Positions 38,367-47,175 of a DNA stretch of 64,000 bases are shown here, one piece after another (position 1 is the first letter of the stretch; the number at the start of each line of letters is the position of its first letter). Both the position numbers and the translations under genes were made by a program. Source of the stretch: Pseudomonadota bacterium (GTDB lineage Bacteria > Pseudomonadota > Alphaproteobacteria > Caulobacterales > Parvularculaceae). The stretch spans positions 46,549 through 110,548 of the forward strand of contig JBCBUC010000009.1 in assembly GCA_039818345.1 (NCBI GenBank), in the 5' to 3' direction. A model generated the notes under the pieces. The model did not search any database. It worked only from the letters and a program-made list of their open reading frames with translations, and was not told the origin of the DNA.

Positions 38367-40396
38367 ACTGACTGAAGCGATTTGGGCCGCTGCTCATTCG
38401 GCAGGTCGAGCAAAACTGGCTCCAAAAAATCAATCAGTTCTTCAAGCTGCTCTTCGTAATGGCGCCACAGATTGACCGAGCCCTTATAGATCGGTTGACG
38501 CACCTGCTCCGAACTCGCCGTTTTCACCGCCCTTTTGGTTTCGTGATAGCGGAGCATCGAGTCTTCAAAGACCAGACCGCAGTGCTCAGCAATCCGCATG
38601 ACGTTGGCTTCGAGGTTTTCCACCACGTCCTCATACTGAACGGTGAGCACCTTACCCGGCAAAACATCATTCCAATGATCGATCATCCGCACATACTGGG
38701 CGTAGTAGTGCGCGAGATCGTAAAAATCATAGGAAAACACTTGCCCCCTCGCAAAGAGCTGCTTGAACGTCCCCAAACAGCTATCGAGCGGGTGCCTGCG
38801 GGCATCGATCACCTTTGCGTTGGGTAGGATCGTGTGCAAAAATCCGATGCCGGTGAAGTTGTTTGGAAGCTTATCGGTAAAATAGGTCGCACCCGTCCGA
38901 TGCGGCAGCGTGTTCTCTATATATTCTTTGCCAAGATCTTCAATCTGATAGGGCGTGAGCTCATGCATACACTCTGGGTATTTGATGCCGTCGACCCTGT
39001 TAAACCCCGTCTCGGTGGCCAACCTTAGAAGGTAATGAAGTTCCGCAGTCCCCTCCACCTCCGAATGACTGGCGAGGATCTGTTCGAGCAAGGTCGAACC
39101 AGATCGCGGCAAGCCCACAATGAGGATCGGCGAGGCGTCGGAACATCCTTGCCCCGCATGTTTTTCGAAAAAATCCTTGGAGAAAACATCGATGATCCGA
39201 TCGTTCATTTTCTCAAATTCGATCGGATCGTACTGAACCTTCAGGCGTTTTTTCTCGTTGCCACGAGCGTAGTAATCAAACGCCTGAACGTAGTCTTTGC
39301 GGTCCTCATAGGCTTTCCCGAGCGCAAAAGAGAATGAAATCGCCGAGTCTTCGCCAGCGGGTATTTTCGCAACTTCCGCCAGCTGACTTTTCATGTCCTC
39401 CACTTCGTCATCATCAAATCGGAAGGTTTTGAGGTTGGCGAGGCTCCAATAAACTTCACCGAAATCAGGCTTCGAGTCGGCACACCGCTTGTAGGCATCG
39501 ATTGCTTCGTCCTGGCGACCAATCGTCTTCAGCGCATGCCCAAGACAGAGGAGCGAGGGGAAATGCTTTTCGTCAATGGCCAAGGCTTGGTCGAGCCAAT
39601 TGACTGCATCATCAAGCTGTCCCGCATTCATGCTGTTGGCGCCGAGTTTCTCGAGGACGTGTACGGATTTCGGCCTGACCTTCAATGCACGCTTGAAGGC
39701 AGCCTCCGCCTTATCGAATTTTTGTTGATCGTTGAGCGCCGAACCAAGATTAATCCATGCCGCCCAGTAATCAGGCGCCACCTCAACAGCTCGGCGGAAA
39801 AACGCCTCGCCATCGTTGAAGTTTTCCTTCCTGACACAGAGGACACCCATCAGGCGTAGCGCATCGACGTTCTCAGGGTCCCGGCGAAGAATGCCGCGAT
39901 AGATAGCCTCGGCCTTCGCGGTATCGCCTTTGCGGTTGAGCTCCATCGCCTCAACGAGGGCCTGCCGATCAGGATTGTTGTCGAGATATTGCTGGAAGAT
40001 TTCGTCCGCCTCGATGCCGCGCCCCGCAACCGCGAGCAACTCGCCCAAACGTTGGTTCGCGCTGGTCAATGAGGGGTCTCGCTTGACCGCCGCTTGCAGT
40101 GACTTCACCGCCTCATCGGTCTTGCCTTGGCGGATTTGGGCATCGGCCAAATTTTCATAAACAGGTGCAAAATCGGGCATCAATCTCGTCACATGGACGA
40201 AGGCCCGTTCAGCTTCCTCCAACCGGCCAAGTCGAGTGAGTGACACCCCCAACATCCGCAGTAAGTTCGGATCGTTAGGGTGCTCCTTCAACGAACCGCG
40301 CAAAAAAGCTTCCGCCTTATCGGCGGCGTTGGCTTGGATCATCCGCACCGCCATCTCGAAGTCTCGCCGGGCTGTTTCGTTGCGTTGAAGCGACAT
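38363..40396 (-). CDS. TPR-repeat protein with C-terminal PAPS-dependent sulfotransferase domain
   Basis: About 9-10 TPR-like helical pairs, 5'-PSB loop GLPRSGSTL, FTDKLPNN, 3'-PB RHPLDSC, TASSEQVR. Confidence 0.92.
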   Translation of the reverse strand: MSLQRNETARRDFEMAVRMIQANAADKAEAFLRGSLKEHPNDPNLLRMLGVSLTRLGRLEEAERAFVHVTRLMPDFAPVYENLADAQIRQGKTDEAVKSLQAAVKRDPSLTSANQRLGELLAVAGRGIEADEIFQQYLDNNPDRQALVEAMELNRKGDTAKAEAIYRGILRRDPENVDALRLMGVLCVRKENFNDGEAFFRRAVEVAPDYWAAWINLGSALNDQQKFDKAEAAFKRALKVRPKSVHVLEKLGANSMNAGQLDDAVNWLDQALAIDEKHFPSLLCLGHALKTIGRQDEAIDAYKRCADSKPDFGEVYWSLANLKTFRFDDDEVEDMKSQLAEVAKIPAGEDSAISFSFALGKAYEDRKDYVQAFDYYARGNEKKRLKVQYDPIEFEKMNDRIIDVFSKDFFEKHAGQGCSDASPILIVGLPRSGSTLLEQILASHSEVEGTAELHYLLRLATETGFNRVDGIKYPECMHELTPYQIEDLGKEYIENTLPHRTGATYFTDKLPNNFTGIGFLHTILPNAKVIDARRHPLDSCLGTFKQLFARGQVFSYDFYDLAHYYAQYVRMIDHWNDVLPGKVLTVQYEDVVENLEANVMRIAEHCGLVFEDSMLRYHETKRAVKTASSEQVRQPIYKGSVNLWRHYEEQLEELIDFLEPVLLDLPNEQRPKSLQSV

Positions 40397-40517
40397 GGTT
40401 TTGTGTGCACACTTTCGGGCTAAAAGCTGAAAAGATCGCCGAGTTTATGGCGCATCGGCTGTGTTGCAAGGATCATAGCAGATAACACTTATCTCAGTGT
40501 GCACTGCACAGCCCATT

Positions 40518-40719
40518 CGTGATCACACCGTAACCTTGACTGCTCCCTAGTAAGATGCGGCGAAGCTCTATGCATGTCATCAGAACGTTGAATTCGCTCA
40601 TTTCCGATGTATTGAGAAGCGCTCGATCACGCCCTCAATTGCTCGTTTCGTGAATTGGCAGAATGCGATCACGATTGCCGAAAAAGTGGCGTATTCTCTT
40701 GCAATTGTGATCACGATTG
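40518..40719. promoter_or_regulatory. Cluster of operator candidates: CGTGATCACA (40518), TGCGATCACG (40664, one mismatch), CAATTGTGATCACGATTG (40702-40719)
   Basis: In the divergent sulfotransferase / membrane-protein intergenic region. The last site is an 18-bp near-perfect palindrome. Confidence 0.65.
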
Positions 40720-40871
40720 ACCTAGCCTGCTAGCAATCTTGTCGGAGAGACCGAACCAACGAGCAGCGTACGTGTTGGTGATCATGAGGTCCTCGTTCAC
40801 GGGAAAGCGCATCTGAATTGCAAGTTCGATCTACACCAACCAAGCCGACCGAACTGTCCATCGAATCGGTG

Positions 40872-41708
40872 ATGGCGTTTCTTCAAAGAAATGGCTTCTT
40901 GATATTCAAATGGACCGTGTACTCCTTGTTGCTGGTCAACGTGGTGTATTATGCGCATGAGGATTGGACCGTCGCTCAACACACGCTGACCGAAGGGGCT
41001 TCAATACTCAAGATTTTATCTGCCTACGCAGCATCGCTCGATGTTTTCGCCTGGATGATGCTGATTTTCATCTATGAGGTGGAGACCTATTGGCTGGAAG
41101 ACGACTTCGACAACTCGATCGTGCTTGGCGCAATGACGATAGGGAAATTGTTGTTTGCTGCGCTCATCATCCAGACAATTTATTCGTACTCCGTGCTGGT
41201 TCTCCAGATACCAGGAACCTCTGTGATTGAAGGCGTCACCGACCTTTGCGCGCTTACAGGACAGGATCTCTCCTTCGTTCGCAACTTAAAGTATACGGAG
41301 ATCACACCGGAAACATGTGGCGCGATTGCTTATTCTGGTGATCTCTACCTCTTTTCCCAATACCCAATCGTCACTGATCTGCCTGGGTTCCGCGAGAATT
41401 CCTTCTTAGAAGTGTTCGACCTTGTCGAAGCGGTGACGTGGTTGATTATTCTCGCGCTCACCGAGCTAAGTGTCCGTCTTCAAACGAAGGGCCATTACAA
41501 AGGCGCCGTGGTGATGTGGGACTTCCGGCTGCGGGTCGTGGGCTATCTCATCTTGTTGCTCGTGAGCGTTTATTGGGGCGTCAAAGGCCATTTCGTTTAT
41601 GTCTGGGATGAGCTGCTTTGGATCACCAGTTTTATTGCACTTGAAAACAACCTGAACGAATGGCGCCAAGAGCTACGGGAGGCTGACGAGACCGCAGCGG
41701 CGGACTAG
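40872..41708 (+). CDS. Hypothetical multi-pass membrane protein
   Basis: About 6 hydrophobic segments and a large loop with two Cys. No family recognised. Start uncertain (40818 or 40872). Confidence 0.8.
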   Translation: MAFLQRNGFLIFKWTVYSLLLVNVVYYAHEDWTVAQHTLTEGASILKILSAYAASLDVFAWMMLIFIYEVETYWLEDDFDNSIVLGAMTIGKLLFAALIIQTIYSYSVLVLQIPGTSVIEGVTDLCALTGQDLSFVRNLKYTEITPETCGAIAYSGDLYLFSQYPIVTDLPGFRENSFLEVFDLVEAVTWLIILALTELSVRLQTKGHYKGAVVMWDFRLRVVGYLILLLVSVYWGVKGHFVYVWDELLWITSFIALENNLNEWRQELREADETAAAD

Positions 41709-41787
41709 GGTCCTCGGGTTCTAGTTCTGCCTCGGTCGGTGTCAGAGCAAGACGATAGATATCTTTTCTCTCTCCGTTTTCGTCAGC

Positions 41788-43539
41788 ATGTTTATCTTCT
41801 TTGCGGTCGGCAATTTTGCTGGCCGTACGGTGAAGAATGCAGACGATTATTTCGTTGCTGGGCGCCGGGCACCGACGATATTGATCCTTGGTACCTTGGT
41901 TGCGAGCGTATTCAGCTCGACGATCTTCCTTGGCGAGGCGGGCTTTACCTATGACGGCCAAATGGGGCCGTATATGCTCTTTCCGGGGATCACGACCGCC
42001 GGGTACATCTACGGCGCGCTTCTGTTTGGGCGATATCTGAGACGCAGCCGCGCGCCAACGGTGGCGGAGTTTTTTGGCCAACGCTTTAACAGCCGGCGGG
42101 TGCAGCAGCTTTCTGGGGCGATCATCATCGGTGCATTGAGCATTTATTTGCTTGTGGTGACACAAGGCGGCGCCCTTCTGCTCTCCGACCTGACCGGCCT
42201 TTCCTACACGCAAAGCCTGGTTACCGCCTGGCTCGCCTACACGTTTTTTACGATCTATTCGGGTTCGAAAGGGGTGATCCTTACCGACACGCTGATGTTT
42301 CTCCTGTTCGCGGTGGCGACAGTGGCATTCTCCGTGGTCATCATTGGCGATTTAGGCGGTGTTTCGACAGCGATCGAGCAGATGGCGCAGATCGAGACGA
42401 AGCCTGATATCGCGTCATGGCACGGTATCGTCGGTGTTGGGACTGAATGGGCAACCCCGATCGATTACCTGATCTGGGCCATCACAATCGATATGGCCTG
42501 GAGCGTGGTCTACGCGGTGAGCCCCTGGCAGTCGAGCCGCCACCTTATGGCTCGCAATGAACATGTCGTGATCCGTGCGTCGATTTACACCGCCCTCGCC
42601 GTGATTCTCTTGCAAGCGCTGATTTACGGTGTGGGCGGCTTGATTAACCTCTACAATCCGAACATCACCCCATCAGAGACGGCCATGATCTGGGCGGCAA
42701 AAAATCTTGTTCCGGATTACCTCGGAGCGATCTTACTCGCAGGAATCATGGCCGCAGCCCTTTCCTCAGCATCAACCTTTCTCTCGCTCGTCGGATTCAG
42801 CGCGAGCAACGACATTCTTGCCCGAAAACGACCATTGAACATCCGGACAACGCGTATCTTGATGCTGATTGTTGGTGCTGTGGCGCTGATCACCAGCTTT
42901 TTCTTCCCGCCCAATATTTTCTGGCTGATGCTGTTCGTTGGCACGGTGTTCACGTCGTCATGGGGACCTGTTGCGTTCATGAGCGTGTGGAGCAAACGGA
43001 TTACCGCGGACGCTGCATTTTGGGGCATGGCCACCGGATTTCTCTTCAACGTCGTTCCGTCCGGTCTCGAATATGTCGGCATCATCGATTTGCCTCACTA
43101 TTTCAGTGCAACGATTATCGGTGTGGCAGCTAGCCTCATTACCATCGTGTTGATCTCACGTGCTGGTGAAGTGACAGTCGAGGAAACTGCGTTCAGGCTT
43201 CGCCTTCATGAAACACCGAGCGAAGATCGCGACGCGACCAAGGCGCGAACAACAATGATCGCGGCCTTTGCTTTGGTCGCCTACGGTCTGACAATGCCAT
43301 TCCTAACACTGCGATTTTACGTTATGCCCTATCAACGCGGTGCCGGAGAGCTTGCGGCCGATGGCGGGATCAATTGGCAAACAGGCGAAGCTCTTTTGGC
43401 GCTCACGTCACCGCTCATCTATGTTCCACTCGGCCTTTACGGCGCATACTTGATTTGGCGAGGCTACCACCCCCGCGCGGCGAAACCGCACGATCAGAAC
43501 CCTGGGTTCAGTGAGGAGCTCTCTGGTGAAAAGACGTAA
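41788..43539 (+). CDS. Sodium:solute symporter (SSS) family transporter
   Basis: DDYFVAGRRAP, GIMAAALSSAST, ~13-14 TM. The true N-terminus may extend to 41755. Confidence 0.92.
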   Translation: MFIFFAVGNFAGRTVKNADDYFVAGRRAPTILILGTLVASVFSSTIFLGEAGFTYDGQMGPYMLFPGITTAGYIYGALLFGRYLRRSRAPTVAEFFGQRFNSRRVQQLSGAIIIGALSIYLLVVTQGGALLLSDLTGLSYTQSLVTAWLAYTFFTIYSGSKGVILTDTLMFLLFAVATVAFSVVIIGDLGGVSTAIEQMAQIETKPDIASWHGIVGVGTEWATPIDYLIWAITIDMAWSVVYAVSPWQSSRHLMARNEHVVIRASIYTALAVILLQALIYGVGGLINLYNPNITPSETAMIWAAKNLVPDYLGAILLAGIMAAALSSASTFLSLVGFSASNDILARKRPLNIRTTRILMLIVGAVALITSFFFPPNIFWLMLFVGTVFTSSWGPVAFMSVWSKRITADAAFWGMATGFLFNVVPSGLEYVGIIDLPHYFSATIIGVAASLITIVLISRAGEVTVEETAFRLRLHETPSEDRDATKARTTMIAAFALVAYGLTMPFLTLRFYVMPYQRGAGELAADGGINWQTGEALLALTSPLIYVPLGLYGAYLIWRGYHPRAAKPHDQNPGFSEELSGEKT

Positions 43540-45448
43540 CACTGATCATTATCTTGGGATGGACCGTGCGATCACGCGCCGGGACTTTGTCCATGGGGCA
43601 AGCCTTCTAGCTAGCGGTACAATGGCGGCCAGCGCTTTCGGTGGAAGCCTGGCGCGCGACGGTGGGCCGGCCACCTATCCTCCGGCCATGACAGGCCTGC
43701 GCGGTAATCATGTTGGGTCTTTTGAAGTCGCCCACCAACTGGGCCGCGAAGGTCGCACCGATTGGAGGACCCCGACCAAACCCAGCGAAGACTATGATCT
43801 TGTGGTTGTCGGCGGCGGCCTCAGCGGGTTGTCTGCCGCCTATTTTTTCCTCCAGGACAATCCATCAGCAAGCATCCTTATTCTCGATAATCATGATGAT
43901 TTCGGCGGCCACGCGAAACGCAACGAGTTTCAGATCGGTGATCGCACTTTGATCGGGTACGGCGGAAGTCAAACTCTGCAAGAACCTTCCGGGTACAGCG
44001 GCATCGTCAAAAAGCTTTTGCGGGATCTCAGCGTTGATGTGGATCGGTTTGAAACCGCCTATGATCAAGACTTCTATAAGCGCAACGGACTAAGGGGTGG
44101 CCTGTTCTTCGGCGAGGAAAGTTGGGGCGAGAACCGAACGATACCATTCGATATCGGTTACTTCACTGACTATATTCCGGTGGCCCCGTCAGACATGACC
44201 GCCGATGAAGCAGTTAAGCTGATCCCTGTTTCAGATGAAGGGCGCACGGAGTTGCTCCGTCTTCTAAACCTCAAAGAGAACCTGCTGACGAGTGTTCGAG
44301 GCGAAGACGAACTTTGGGAATTTCTCTCAAACATCAGCTACCGTGACCTGCTGACGAAGCATTTTGGCATCGGTCATCCCGACGTGCTCCGTGTTTTCCA
44401 AGACCTCACCGGGGACGCTGGTGCCGGAATAGATTCTGTGACGGCCGCGACCGCGCTTTATTACACCGGCCTTCCTGGGTGGGAAGCTGCAGGTCTTCCC
44501 CAGGCCGAGGCGACAGAACCTTATATTCATCACTTCCCGGATGGAAATGCATCCGTCGCACGACTTTTGGTGCGGGCCATGATCCCGGGTGTTGCACCCG
44601 ACGGAACGATGGACGAACTCGTGACCACACGGTTTGACTATAGCAAACTTGATGTGGCGGACTCTGCTGTCCGTCTACGGCTTGAAAGCACCGTGGTTCA
44701 TGTGGAGCATGACGGAGATCCCGCGACATCAGAGCGCACGCTCGTCAAATACATGAAAGACGGTCAAGGCTTTCTCATCAGTGCAACGAATTGCGTTCTC
44801 GCCTGTAACCATTCAATCGTCCCCTATTTGTGCCCCAGCCTTCCCAAGTCTCAACGCGAAGCTCTGTCATTCCAGGAAAAAACACCTATCCTCTACACGA
44901 GCGTCGCCCTAAGCAATTGGCGAGCATGGAAAGAGCTCGGGATCGGCGCCGTTGTTGCTCCGAGCAGTTACTATGTGCACGCATTGCTCGATTTTCCTGT
45001 CAGCATGGGAGACTATTCATTCTCTGCGAATCCGGACGAACCGATTATCGTCCATATGGAACGTTTTCCGCATTTGTATGATCAAGACCTATCGGTACGC
45101 GAACAACACCGCCTTGGCCGCTATCAATTGTTGGGCACACCGTACGAGACGATCGAACGCAACACCAGGGCTCAACTCGCTGGCATGCTCGGAGAAGCAG
45201 GATTTGATCCTGCTAAGGATATTCAAGGGATCACTGTCAATCGCTGGGCACACGGATATGCCTATTATTACTCCCCGCTGTTTGATGAGATGTATGACGA
45301 TTGGGACGATGCACGGTACCCGCACATTCAGGCGCGGCAACCTTTTGGTCGCATAGCCTTTGCGAATGCTGATTCCGCCGCTAACGCGATGTTCGAATCA
45401 GCTGTCGAAGAAGCCCACCGAGCCGTCTCCGAACTCAAGTCTCGATAG
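43526..45448 (+). CDS. spdH: Spermidine dehydrogenase SpdH-like, Tat-exported, copy 2
   Basis: TRRDFV Tat motif, YPPAMTGLRGNHVG, HDDFGGHAKRNEF, YIHHFPDGNAS, RWAHGY. GTG 43526 with GAGGAG SD. Confidence 0.8.
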   Translation: MKRRNTDHYLGMDRAITRRDFVHGASLLASGTMAASAFGGSLARDGGPATYPPAMTGLRGNHVGSFEVAHQLGREGRTDWRTPTKPSEDYDLVVVGGGLSGLSAAYFFLQDNPSASILILDNHDDFGGHAKRNEFQIGDRTLIGYGGSQTLQEPSGYSGIVKKLLRDLSVDVDRFETAYDQDFYKRNGLRGGLFFGEESWGENRTIPFDIGYFTDYIPVAPSDMTADEAVKLIPVSDEGRTELLRLLNLKENLLTSVRGEDELWEFLSNISYRDLLTKHFGIGHPDVLRVFQDLTGDAGAGIDSVTAATALYYTGLPGWEAAGLPQAEATEPYIHHFPDGNASVARLLVRAMIPGVAPDGTMDELVTTRFDYSKLDVADSAVRLRLESTVVHVEHDGDPATSERTLVKYMKDGQGFLISATNCVLACNHSIVPYLCPSLPKSQREALSFQEKTPILYTSVALSNWRAWKELGIGAVVAPSSYYVHALLDFPVSMGDYSFSANPDEPIIVHMERFPHLYDQDLSVREQHRLGRYQLLGTPYETIERNTRAQLAGMLGEAGFDPAKDIQGITVNRWAHGYAYYYSPLFDEMYDDWDDARYPHIQARQPFGRIAFANADSAANAMFESAVEEAHRAVSELKSR

Positions 45449-45576
45449 AACCCACGAGCTATTGATCAGCGGGAATAAACTGTACAAGGGTTATGACAGA
45501 AACGTGTGCTGTTAGGCCAACCTCGAAACGGTCAGCGATATCGTCTACTTTATTCAGGAAACGCCCTATTCATCTT

Positions 45577-45921
45577 TTAGCTGACGATAAAGTAGACTTT
45601 CCGAACCTTCTCGACGACCTCCGCTGTCCCCTTCCAACCCTTAGGGAAAATCCAGCTATCGCCCGCTTTGATCTCGGTAACCTCGCCCGATTGCGACGTC
45701 AGAACCCAATGCCCTTCAAGGAGATGGCAAAATTCCATAATCTCTAGATCGAGCTCGAGCTTACCCGGCTCGCACTCCCACGTGCCAGCCGTGTAATTGC
45801 GTTCCAAAAAGAAGCTTTTGTCTGTCTGCAGGGGAAGCTGCCCGATCGGCGTGCCAAACGAAGGGGCTTTTTCGAGGCCGGTGAGTGTCGCACATTGATG
45901 TTGAACGCTGATCTCTGGCAC
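45577..45921 (-). CDS. DUF861/EutQ-like cupin (no signal peptide)
   Basis: GTWECEPG, EFCHLLEG, FPKGWKGT, RKVY. AGGAGG SD. Confidence 0.88.
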   Translation of the reverse strand: MPEISVQHQCATLTGLEKAPSFGTPIGQLPLQTDKSFFLERNYTAGTWECEPGKLELDLEIMEFCHLLEGHWVLTSQSGEVTEIKAGDSWIFPKGWKGTAEVVEKVRKVYFIVS

Positions 45922-45945
45922 GCCCTACCTCCTGTTCGGTGTTGA

Positions 45946-47157
45946 CTAGTTCTGAATCCAGACTGGCGGAGGCGGCGTTGCTTTTGCGCGTTTTGGCGCC
46001 CAAAAAACATCTTCCGTCACCCTACATTTGACCACTTTCCACAGTGGGCGGATCTCTTTCATGTAAGAGATCTCCGCATAGATATCGCGTTTCAAATATG
46101 ACGGTTTCACCATCGCCAATGCGATATTGGCCTTTACCACCGGCGACCACATCGCTGAGGTCACGTAACCAATCTCTTTAGTGCATCTTTTGTCGGCATA
46201 AAGAGTTGAACCCTCAGCTGGTTTGTTACCTTCGATATCAAGTTTTGTGAGGATGTATTCTGGTCCCTTCTTTTTTTCCTCAAGAAGAGCGGCCCGCCCG
46301 TTGAAATGGGGTTTTTTGAAATCAACTAGCCACCCTAAGTTAAGGTCAAAGGGCGTTTGATCATGCCGAAAGTGCACAGTTTTCAATGCTTCAGCAAACT
46401 CAACATACGGAAGAATAAATCCTGCCTCGAGGCGCGCCATGGCAGTAGCTGCCTCGCCGTAAGGTTGGATACCATAATCCTCACCAGCAGCGTAAAGAGC
46501 ATCCCACAGTTGAAGCCCGAGATGAGCAGGGACCCAAAGTTCATAACCAAGATCGCCGGTAAAACCCGTCCGTGACACCATCAAGGTGTCACCTTCGAAG
46601 GGATAGTGCTTCACGCCAAAGGGCTTGAGCATTTCAACGCCCTCAAGACCCATCCGCTGCAAAACCTCACAGGTCGCCGGACCTTGAAACGATAACGCAC
46701 CGATATCATCCGTCTGATCGGTAATCGTAACGTTCTCAAAGCCAAGGCAAGCTTGTCGAAGCCACGCGATGCTAGGGCTACCACAACTTAAGAAAAATTT
46801 ATCGTCGTCGAGTTTGAAAATCGTTCCATCGTCGATCAAACGACCTTCGTCTGTACACCAGCACACATAGGTGACCCGGTTCTTTTTCAACTTCGAGACA
46901 TCGCGCGTGACCATGCGGTTGAGCATCGCCTCGGCGTCTGGCCCTTCGACAAGGTATTTCTGCATCGGTGTAATATCATACGTTCCGCATAGGTTGCGAA
47001 TGCAGAAATACTCGAACTCTGTATCGTAATAGTGGTCGGCGAACTTATAGCCGTTCCAGCTCTCCCACGACTCTCTGATGTTGAGCACTGCTTGGCGAGG
47101 ATAAAAGGGCGATAGTTTCAGCCGCTCGCCCGCAAATGGATCTGGTGTGTCCGTCAT
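45946..47157 (-). CDS. GcvT-like aminomethyltransferase family protein, cassette 2
   Basis: WNGY, EYFCIR..DITPM, GRLIDDGT, SRTGFTGDLGYEL, RLEAG. Confidence 0.88.
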   Translation of the reverse strand: MTDTPDPFAGERLKLSPFYPRQAVLNIRESWESWNGYKFADHYYDTEFEYFCIRNLCGTYDITPMQKYLVEGPDAEAMLNRMVTRDVSKLKKNRVTYVCWCTDEGRLIDDGTIFKLDDDKFFLSCGSPSIAWLRQACLGFENVTITDQTDDIGALSFQGPATCEVLQRMGLEGVEMLKPFGVKHYPFEGDTLMVSRTGFTGDLGYELWVPAHLGLQLWDALYAAGEDYGIQPYGEAATAMARLEAGFILPYVEFAEALKTVHFRHDQTPFDLNLGWLVDFKKPHFNGRAALLEEKKKGPEYILTKLDIEGNKPAEGSTLYADKRCTKEIGYVTSAMWSPVVKANIALAMVKPSYLKRDIYAEISYMKEIRPLWKVVKCRVTEDVFWAPKRAKATPPPPVWIQN

Positions 47158-47175
47158 CGTCTTTGCTCTCAGCGC

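Noticed and set aside
18628-47157. Glycine cleavage system
   Set aside because: No gcvH or gcvP. The T-like proteins have TGDLGYE rather than the GcvT TGEDGFE motif and are coupled to FAD oxidoreductases.
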